Shown piece by piece: positions 25,133 through 32,000 of a stretch of DNA of 32,000 nucleotides. Position 1 is the stretch's first letter. Every line of letters begins with the position of its first letter. Both the position numbers and the translations under genes were made by a program. The notes under the pieces were generated by a model that saw nothing but the letters and a program-made list of their open reading frames with translations, ran no database searches and was not told where the DNA came from. Origin of the DNA: Edaphobacter aggregans (GTDB lineage Bacteria > Acidobacteriota > Terriglobia > Terriglobales > Acidobacteriaceae); the NCBI RefSeq assembly GCF_003945235.1, contig NZ_RSDW01000001.1:3240001-3272000 (forward strand). The letters are read 5' to 3'.

Positions 25133-26167
25133 TTACACCGGCTTCGGGTTCCGCTCGTCAAATTGCAGCTGGTGCCAGTATGGGTAAGCTCGCGGAACAT
25201 CGCTCGCAGCATCGAGTTTTGCAATCTGCTCTGCCGTGAGCTTCCATCCGACTGCGCCGAGGTTCTGCTTCAACTGCTCTTCATTGCGAGCGCCGATAAT
25301 CACCGTCGAAATGCTTGGACGCTGCAGCACCCAGTTCAGTGCAATCTGCGGAACTGTCTTGCCTGTCTCCTTCGCGATCTCATCAATCGCATCGACTACT
25401 TTGTAGAGATACTCTTCGTCTGGCTTCGGTCCACCCTCCACAACCACCTTCGTGTTCAAGCGGCTGTCCTTCGGAATCCCAGTCTCACGGCGAATCTTGC
25501 CCGTTAGGCGGCCCCATCCTAGAGGCGACCAGACCAGCGCACCAACGCCCTGATCGAGTGCGAGCGGCATCAACTCCCACTCATAGTCGCGTCCTACGAG
25601 TGAGTAGTAGGCTTGATGCCCGACGTATCGTGCCCATCCGTAGCGTTCGCTTACGCTCAGCGACTTCATCAAGTGCCAGCCTGAAAAATTCGAGCAGGCT
25701 ATGTACCGTACCTTGCCCTCGCGGACGAACTTGTCGAGCGTGTTGAGTGTCTCCTCCACTGGCGTCGTCGCATCGAACGCATGCAGGTGGTAGACGTCGA
25801 TGTAGTCGGTGCCGAGCCGTTTCAGGCTCCGCTCGAGCGATTGGATGAGGTGATAGCGCGACGAGCCTACGTCGTTTGGTCCTGTGCCGAATCGAAACGT
25901 AGCCTTGGTCGAGATCAGCACATCCTCGCGCTTGAGATGCGACAGCGCCTTACCGAGCGCCGTTTCGCTGCTCCCATCCGAGTAGATATCGGCCGTATCG
26001 AAAAAGTTCAAACCGGCGTCCATACAGATCCCGACGATCCTGTTCGCCTCTTCCTGCGTCGTCTCCGACCACGCCTTGAAGAACTCGTTCGCTGCGCCAA
26101 ACGTTCCCGCCCCGAAGCAAAGCTCCGGCACCTTCAAACCTGATTTACCAAGCTGTCTATATTCCAT
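25133..26167 (-). CDS. Aldo/keto reductase
   Basis: MEYRQLGKSGLKVPELCFGAGTFG N-terminus. Catalytic tetrad context: FFDTADIYSDG, LISTKA, VYHLHAFD. ATG 26167 is preferred over the GTG at 26191. Confidence 0.93.
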   Translation of the reverse strand: MEYRQLGKSGLKVPELCFGAGTFGAANEFFKAWSETTQEEANRIVGICMDAGLNFFDTADIYSDGSSETALGKALSHLKREDVLISTKATFRFGTGPNDVGSSRYHLIQSLERSLKRLGTDYIDVYHLHAFDATTPVEETLNTLDKFVREGKVRYIACSNFSGWHLMKSLSVSERYGWARYVGHQAYYSLVGRDYEWELMPLALDQGVGALVWSPLGWGRLTGKIRRETGIPKDSRLNTKVVVEGGPKPDEEYLYKVVDAIDEIAKETGKTVPQIALNWVLQRPSISTVIIGARNEEQLKQNLGAVGWKLTAEQIAKLDAASDVPRAYPYWHQLQFDERNPKPV

Positions 26168-26240
26168 GAGCTTTAAGATGCCACCTCGCACGAATTCGTT
26201 TCAAAGTACTCTCTGCGTTCATTGCGGCTTCGTTAAATCT

Positions 26241-26702
26241 TTATTGTTTCGCTGCGGGAATCGTCACATCACGCACAATCTTCCAACCTTGCGGGGTCTT
26301 CTCGAAGACCAACAGGTACGTCCCACTCGCATCGCCGCCGCCCGCTGCAGTGCGCTCCAGGTGAAACTTTCCTGTCACCGTTGCGAAGCGATCATCGAGT
26401 GGCTGAACCTCGATATCGCTATACGTCAGGGTTCCCATCTTTTCCCGCGTGGAATAAGCGGTGCGATAGCGCTCCAGCATTTGCGAATAACCACGGCTTA
26501 TCTTCGAGCCTATAAAAAGTATGTCGGGCGAGTTCCTGTAGCCCGTCGCGAATACGTCCATATCGCCGCGGTTCCAGTCCACAGCCTGCTGAGCGAGGAC
26601 TGCCCGTATCGCAGAATCTTCTGCCATCGAGTTCGTCTGCGCAAAGACGGGAGCGCACCACAGATAAATTGCTATCAAAACTGCCGAAACTGAGCGATAC
26701 AT
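26241..26702 (-). CDS. Secreted DUF4440/SnoaL-like (NTF2-fold) protein
   Basis: IRAVLAQQAVDWNRGDMDVFATGY...GTYLLVFEKTPQGWKIVRDV is typical of the DUF4440 family. Start ATG 26702 has GGAGG 6 nt upstream, giving signal peptide MYRSVSAVLIAIYLWCAPVFAQ. ATG 26717 and TTG 26726 are alternatives. Confidence 0.8.
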   Translation of the reverse strand: MYRSVSAVLIAIYLWCAPVFAQTNSMAEDSAIRAVLAQQAVDWNRGDMDVFATGYRNSPDILFIGSKISRGYSQMLERYRTAYSTREKMGTLTYSDIEVQPLDDRFATVTGKFHLERTAAGGGDASGTYLLVFEKTPQGWKIVRDVTIPAAKQ

Positions 26703-26769
26703 AAAGCGCCTCCGCATTGCAGTCAAAAGCTGCAGTCTGAGAATAACGTGATCGTCGACGAGTCGAGCA

Positions 26770-28587
26770 TCACATCTCTGTTTCTACCGGCTTATCTACC
26801 TGCGACTGATACACCTCTTCGACGCGTTCCACCGTGTCGATCTCGCTCACTGGTTTGTCTGTCCTGATGCGCAGAATCCGTGGGAACCGCAGTGCGAAGC
26901 CGCTCGCATGCCGTCCGCTGCGCATGATGTTGTTGAACGCCACCTCCAGCACCATCAGCGGCTCTACTGTTCTGAAGAATCCTCGATCCTCAAGCGTATG
27001 CTCCATCATCCACGCGCTCATCTCGGCTATTTCTGCATCCGTCAGGCCTGAGTAAGCCTTTCCGACATTCAGCAATTCGCCGCCTGGGGCACGCACGGCA
27101 AACGTGTAGTCACTCAGGATTCCTGCGCGCTTTCCGTGCCCAAACTCCGCGCCCGTTACGACTACATCCAGCGTCGCGAGCTCTCGCTTCAGCTTCATCC
27201 ACGCCAGCCCGCGCCGTCCCGGTTGATACACGGACTCCGCAGCCTTCAGCATCACGCCCTCATTCGCGCGCGCTCGCGCTTCGGCGTACGCTCTGTCGAT
27301 GTCTTCCGCCGACTCCACCAGCCTCGAAGGCGAGAGCATTAGACGTTCCACCACCTCGCCATCTTCCTCAGCAAACATCAATCCCTGTGCGCCCTTCTTT
27401 CGTTCGTCGATAAAGATTGGAGATCGCGTCGTCTCTACCAACTTCTCCACCACCGCTTCGAGCCTGTTGCGTCTCTCACGCAGTGGCAGCTCCAGCAGTA
27501 GCTCGCCATTCGCATACATCAGGTCGAACGCCATAAACACCACAGGAACCTGCCGCCGCCACTCACTCGAAACGCGCTTGCGGCCGATTCGCTGGCCCAG
27601 CACGGCAAAGGGTAGGGCGCGGCCTGTCTCATAATCCCACCCCAGAATCTCGCCGTCGAAGATCACCGGCCCCGCGCCAGCCGAGGCCACGTGGGCAAAC
27701 GCCTCCTCCAAGTCTGGAAAGCTCTCCGTCACATCCTCCTTGTTGCGCGAGTAGATCGCTACGCGCTCCGGTTGCTCCCCATCGCCGCAGTGCACCTGCG
27801 CGCGCATCCCGTCATACTTGTCCTCGAGAAAGGCCTCGATGTGTGCTTTCTCTGCCTCTTCCTCCGGCTCACCGGAGAAGCGTTCCGCCGCCTCCTCCGG
27901 CGTATCCACAGGCGAGGCCAGCATGAACCCCAGCGGATGAAACAGTCGCATCCGAGCCTCTTGCAGCGTCCCCGCGAATGCCCGCTGCACCGCCGCACTC
28001 AAATCTGCCTCAAGCATCACAGCATTGCGAACCTCACCGACCGGCACTCCAGCCGCAACCGCAATCGCCTCTTCTACAAGGCTCTGCTTCACGCCGATCC
28101 GCATGTCTCCGATCATCAGCTTCAGCAGATACTTCGCCTCTAGCGGAGTAGCGCGTCGTAGCAGCCCCTCCACTAATCCCCCCCGTACCGCAGTAGTCCG
28201 CGCCACTGCCATCGCTGCAAATGCGTCGGCAACCTCCGCCAGCGTGAGCGACGCCTCAGCCACAGTGCGTCCATTCAACAGATCGAACCCAGCCGCACCT
28301 AAATCCCCATACTGCTTATAAGCCGCCGTAAGCTGAATGTCCGAAGCTCCACTCACCGCCAGCAAAGCCTTACTCAGCAGCGCTCCCCCCGCATTCAACT
28401 TCCGCGAATCCGCCTCCGCAAACGGAGTCCCCGACATATACAGCGCAAACAACCCAGCATCCTCACTCTCGGAAGCCTCCGCATGCGCCGACGAGATCGC
28501 CTCGGCGATCGCTGCCCGCTTCTTCAACCGGCCAGCCTCACCTGCCAGCTTCTCGGCCAACTCGGCAACTTCACGAAACAAAGCCAC
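26770..28587 (-). CDS. ATP-dependent DNA ligase (three-domain Lig1/LigB type: DNA-binding, adenylation, OB)
   Basis: Motif I is EDKYDGMRAQVH (KxDG), and a long N-terminal DNA-binding domain is present. GTG 28587 has GGAGG (rc of 28595-28599) 7 nt upstream. The ORF-track TTG 28629 adds 14 codons. Confidence 0.92.
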   Translation of the reverse strand: MALFREVAELAEKLAGEAGRLKKRAAIAEAISSAHAEASESEDAGLFALYMSGTPFAEADSRKLNAGGALLSKALLAVSGASDIQLTAAYKQYGDLGAAGFDLLNGRTVAEASLTLAEVADAFAAMAVARTTAVRGGLVEGLLRRATPLEAKYLLKLMIGDMRIGVKQSLVEEAIAVAAGVPVGEVRNAVMLEADLSAAVQRAFAGTLQEARMRLFHPLGFMLASPVDTPEEAAERFSGEPEEEAEKAHIEAFLEDKYDGMRAQVHCGDGEQPERVAIYSRNKEDVTESFPDLEEAFAHVASAGAGPVIFDGEILGWDYETGRALPFAVLGQRIGRKRVSSEWRRQVPVVFMAFDLMYANGELLLELPLRERRNRLEAVVEKLVETTRSPIFIDERKKGAQGLMFAEEDGEVVERLMLSPSRLVESAEDIDRAYAEARARANEGVMLKAAESVYQPGRRGLAWMKLKRELATLDVVVTGAEFGHGKRAGILSDYTFAVRAPGGELLNVGKAYSGLTDAEIAEMSAWMMEHTLEDRGFFRTVEPLMVLEVAFNNIMRSGRHASGFALRFPRILRIRTDKPVSEIDTVERVEEVYQSQVDKPVETEM

Positions 28588-28675
28588 TCGAAGGCCTCCA
28601 TAAGCTGTTGGTAAGTTTATTGATGCCAAATTTGTACGGGTCGCAGGTTACTCTTCGCGATATCCTGCCTAGGAT

Positions 28676-29059
28676 ATGACGAACGTATGGTCTAAGAGAT
28701 TCGAACTTATTCGAGGCTTCGGTTGGATTGCATTGGCTGGTCTGTTGCTTGGGGTTATAGCAGCCCTAACTTCTGGGGATGTGCGATTTTGGAGCGCACT
28801 TTTAGGAGTTCTTTTCTTCCTTCCCGCATTTTTATACACCTATGTTGTCGTCATCTGGCATTGGAAAGATCGTTACCGGGGTAAACACAGTGACTTCTGG
28901 GGCGCGGCGATTCTTCTCGAAACTAGCGGCTGGTTGAAACTCATCTATCTTTTCCGCCATCTCATTCCCGATATGCGACATTCTGGCCGGTACGCCGATT
29001 CTTCGCACTTAGGACAGCAGTTTCCAATGAACGCCCTGAACCCCTCAAGACAGGAGTAA
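28676..29059 (+). CDS. Hypothetical membrane protein (127 aa, about 3 TM)
   Basis: ATG ORF in a lower-GC stretch. Hydrophobic segments: GFGWIALAGLLLGVIAAL, FWSALLGVLFFLPAFLYTYVVVIW, AAILLETSGWLKLIYLF. I recognise no family. Confidence 0.5.
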   Translation: MTNVWSKRFELIRGFGWIALAGLLLGVIAALTSGDVRFWSALLGVLFFLPAFLYTYVVVIWHWKDRYRGKHSDFWGAAILLETSGWLKLIYLFRHLIPDMRHSGRYADSSHLGQQFPMNALNPSRQE

Positions 29060-29214
29060 CATCTAAATAGAGTGATGAAAGCACCCGCAAACCCGGTGAA
29101 CTTCCCGGCCCCCCGGCCCATCGTGACCCATCGTCACGACTTTGCCTAGCTGCGCCAACGCCTGCTTTCTACTCCCTACACCAATTCCTACTTCCTGCCT
29201 TACAAGGACACCCC

Positions 29215-30291
29215 ATGTTCGACCGCCTCGACCAACTCGAAGCCCGCTACGAAGATCTCGGCAACCAGCTTGCCGACCCGACCATCGTCACCGACCAGAA
29301 GCGCTACCAGACCACCGCTAAGGCGCACCGCGACCTTGAGCCTACCGTCGAAAAGTTCCGCGAGTATCGGTCCGTCAAGACTGCGATCGCCGACGCGAAG
29401 GCCATGCTGGCCGAGACCGACCCCGACATCCGCGCTATGGCGCAGGACGAGCTGCTCGCCCTGGAGCCTCGCCTCACGCAGGTCGAAGAAGACCTCAAGG
29501 TTCTTCTCTTGCCCAAGGATCCCAACGACGACAAAAACATCGTGATCGAGCTCCGCGCCGGGACCGGTGGCGACGAGGCCGCCATCTTCGTCTCCGAGAT
29601 GTTTCGCATGTACCTCCGTTTCGCCGAGCAGCACAAGTGGAAGGTCGAAGTCCTCTCCAGCTCCGAGACCGGCATCGGCGGCGGCATGAAGGAAGTGACG
29701 GCCATCTTCGAGGGCGACAAGGTCTACTCGCAGATGAAGTACGAGTCGGGCGTCCACCGCGTCCAGCGCGTTCCGGCAACCGAGACGCAAGGCCGCGTCC
29801 ACACGTCTGCGATCACGGTAGCTGTGCTCCCTGAGGCCGAAGAGGTCGACATCAAGATCGAAGCCAAGGACCTCCGCGTCGACACCTTCTGCTCCTCAGG
29901 CCCTGGCGGACAGTCGGTCAACACGACCTACTCGGCCATCCGTATCACCCACCTGCCGACCAACACGGTCGTCTCCTGCCAGGACGAGAAGTCTCAGATC
30001 AAGAACCGCGAGAAGGCCATGCGAGTCCTACGCGCCCGGCTCTACGAGGTCGAAGAAGAACGCATCCACCAACTTCAGGCCAAGGACCGCAAGCAGCAGG
30101 TAGGCTCGGGCGATCGCAGCGAAAAGATCCGCACGTACAACTTCCCTCAGAACCGTGTCACGGATCATCGCATCGGCCTCACCAACCACCAGCTCAACAT
30201 GGTCATGGAAGGCATGCTGCAACCCACTGTTGACGCCCTTATCGCCCATTACACAGCGGAGAAACTCAAGGCAGAAGCTACAGCTGCCTAA
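29215..30291 (+). CDS. prfA: Peptide chain release factor 1
   Basis: 358 aa. RF1-specific PAT anticodon motif ([10 protein letters not shown]) and GGQ motif ([11 protein letters not shown]). AAGGA lies 6 nt upstream of the ATG. Confidence 0.97.
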   Translation: MFDRLDQLEARYEDLGNQLADPTIVTDQKRYQTTAKAHRDLEPTVEKFREYRSVKTAIADAKAMLAETDPDIRAMAQDELLALEPRLTQVEEDLKVLLLPKDPNDDKNIVIELRAGTGGDEAAIFVSEMFRMYLRFAEQHKWKVEVLSSSETGIGGGMKEVTAIFEGDKVYSQMKYESGVHRVQRVPATETQGRVHTSAITVAVLPEAEEVDIKIEAKDLRVDTFCSSGPGGQSVNTTYSAIRITHLPTNTVVSCQDEKSQIKNREKAMRVLRARLYEVEEERIHQLQAKDRKQQVGSGDRSEKIRTYNFPQNRVTDHRIGLTNHQLNMVMEGMLQPTVDALIAHYTAEKLKAEATAA

Positions 30292-30316
30292 TCCGCGTTA
30301 GATCTTCAGTAGAAAA

Positions 30317-30344
30317 ATGCCGGAGCCAATGGCGGCTCCGGCAT
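30317..30344. terminator. Stem-loop terminator between convergent prfA and the lipoprotein gene
   Basis: ATGCCGGAGCC (30317-30327) pairs with GGCTCCGGCAT (30334-30344) around a 6-nt loop. On the minus strand it is followed by TTTTTCT, so it looks like a classic terminator for the 30391-31797 gene and probably also stops prfA. Confidence 0.75.
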
Positions 30345-30390
30345 TGAGTTTAAGCACTGCGCTTATTTCTACTGCGCGTCTAATTCGCTG

Positions 30391-31797
30391 TTAGTTCAGC
30401 TGATCGACGTGCCGGGCCAGCAATACAGAATTGCCCGATAGAGGATCTTTGACCAGCAAGCCGACCACACGGATGTTGGATCCCGCCGTCAGGCTAGTCA
30501 TACTGGTAAGTCCATCACGGAAGTCGGTAGCGGTGCCGAGGTAGACCGTCACCGGTCCCGGCACGAGCAGGCCGGCAAATCCGTTGATATTCATCTGGAA
30601 CGTATCGTTGCCACTATTCATACTGCCGGCGACGACTGTTCCATTGAATCCCCAGTTGCGCAGCACAACTCGCTTCGCCGTAACTGCCTGGGCATTTGTT
30701 GCTCCACTTGCTGGGCCACCAATCGAGACATGCTGTCCCGGCAAGAGTGCCTTGGAGTTGAACAGGAATTGCGTCAGCGGATTATGCATCCAGTAGATAA
30801 AGTATTTCTCGTTCCCGGTGAGATTGACCGTGGCAATCTGTCCGAGCGAAAGCCCTGTCGTCGTCGGCAACAAATCACGCACATATAAATCGAAGCTGGT
30901 GGCAGTGCCCGACGGTGGCTGCACGTATGTCACTTGTCCGCCCGCATGGAAACCATCCTGCGAGAGAATCGCCACCTCATCGGCGGTGATCGTCGAGTCA
31001 GCGGTTGCAATCGTGCCCGAGACTTCCACGATGCTGCTCGTGGTCAGATCGCTCAGGCTTTCGCTGTTGTCGAACTCAGTCTGTCCATTCACCTGGACCG
31101 TGAACTGGCGTCCGTGCGGTCCCTGAATGACGAAGGATTGTCCCGAGGCATTGACGCTGACGACCGCCGCATCGAAGTCGTCGATATGTCCGCCAGAGTC
31201 GCTCGGTGCGACGGCGGTGACATTGAAAGTCGGTGTGACATTGCCGGTGATCTGGCCGGTGCTATCTACCTGAATCGACTTATACAAATCGAAGTCGACT
31301 CGCAGGCCAACTGGTCCAGTCTGGCTCACAATAAGCGGTGTCGGCAGAGTCACTTTGATCGTACTCGTCGACAACGTGGCCGGTTCTGTCTGAACGGTAG
31401 GCGCCGCTCCAGCCTGCGTGTTCAGATAGCCGATTGTCGTGGTGCCAAGCGTGATCTGCACGCTGTTGTAAGTGCCTACCGGTACCGCGTTCAGATCGAG
31501 CAGCGTCTGAAGGCCGTTGTAGCGCGCAAAGTCCACCGTCGGTGTGCCGCTGACAAGAGACACGCTGTTTCCACTCGAGTCAATCGCATTCACGCTCTGT
31601 ATCTGGGTCGTAAATGAGATAACACCCGCGACAGGTGCATCGGTGCCAATCACGAACGCATTGCCGGTGACCGCGTTCGTCGTAGTTGTCGTGGTGCTGG
31701 CAGTGTTGGAGCCCGAGCAACCCGCTACCAGCATCGCTGCAAGCGGCACAGATACAAACGCGATCAAAGACCTGATGCCATAATTTTGATGAGACAT
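30391..31797 (-). CDS. Lipoprotein with DUF4382-like N-terminal domain (hypothetical)
   Basis: I use ATG 31797 (GAGAGGAAAGG upstream), which gives signal/lipobox LAAMLVAGCSG followed by a Thr-rich linker. AFVIGTDAPVAGVISFTTQIQSVNAI...LLDLNAVPVGTYNSVQITLG resembles DUF4382. The ORF-track start 31893 adds 32 non-signal residues. Confidence 0.8.
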   Translation of the reverse strand: MSHQNYGIRSLIAFVSVPLAAMLVAGCSGSNTASTTTTTTNAVTGNAFVIGTDAPVAGVISFTTQIQSVNAIDSSGNSVSLVSGTPTVDFARYNGLQTLLDLNAVPVGTYNSVQITLGTTTIGYLNTQAGAAPTVQTEPATLSTSTIKVTLPTPLIVSQTGPVGLRVDFDLYKSIQVDSTGQITGNVTPTFNVTAVAPSDSGGHIDDFDAAVVSVNASGQSFVIQGPHGRQFTVQVNGQTEFDNSESLSDLTTSSIVEVSGTIATADSTITADEVAILSQDGFHAGGQVTYVQPPSGTATSFDLYVRDLLPTTTGLSLGQIATVNLTGNEKYFIYWMHNPLTQFLFNSKALLPGQHVSIGGPASGATNAQAVTAKRVVLRNWGFNGTVVAGSMNSGNDTFQMNINGFAGLLVPGPVTVYLGTATDFRDGLTSMTSLTAGSNIRVVGLLVKDPLSGNSVLLARHVDQLN

Positions 31798-32000
31798 AGT
31801 CGAACCTTTCCTCTCTCTTTCGATAAAGCAGTGAAGCAATCCAGATGCAGAGCAACATGCGACTGCTGACGTTTCGGAAAAATTGCGCACCAAGGCTTTC
31901 TCGTGAGGAGATGCCTCCTCTCAAGTCGAACCACACAACCAATCAGAAAAATGGGTACTCACAGCAAGTCGGAGGAGTCGAACCAGCATGTTCGCTGCCC

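Noticed and set aside
31901-32000. A tRNA or tmRNA 3' end on the minus strand, suggested by GGTTCGACTCC (T-loop-like) and ...GAGTACCCA.
   Set aside because: The flanking arms GCTGG and CCTCC cannot form a T-stem, since only 3 of 5 pairs match. No acceptor-stem logic is evident. The GGTTCGACT 9-mer recurs twice more downstream in clearly non-tRNA context.

Overview
High-GC chromosomal segment, most likely from an acidobacterium. The basis is an ADOP-type duplicated FtsX permease, an acidobacterial-type secreted VWA protein and a DUF4382 lipoprotein. I call about 28 protein genes, mostly on the minus strand, and found no rRNA, tRNA, CRISPR array, transposase or integrase. Housekeeping genes are lipA, dacB, folP, rmuC, prfA and an ATP-dependent DNA ligase. 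Accessory genes include a DyP-peroxidase/family-1 encapsulin operon, a PQQ propeller dehydrogenase with an internal cytochrome c domain, an esterase, a GH35 beta-galactosidase, a porin-like barrel and a DHA2 MFS exporter. There is also a membrane protein-TetR-ADOP-VWA gene string. The features that standard annotation would miss are non-coding or compositional. (1) An intergenic repeat family has an exact 23-mer hairpin core embedded in hexamer-periodic GTTGCN tracts; it occurs at three loci and brackets the esterase. (2) A second ~70-nt G/T-rich element sits just 3' of two unrelated genes, each next to stem-loops. (3) Two perfect TGAACATGTTCA palindromes bracket a sigma70-like promoter in front of the TetR string. 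(4) A 9-mer occurs three times upstream of the lipoprotein gene. (5) Synonymous sites show very strong physical-strand polarisation (+ strand C/A-rich) that is absent from several interspersed genes. The encapsulin system is a known type. I see no unambiguous novel protein system; the repeat families and the patchy strand polarisation are the best candidates for something undescribed.
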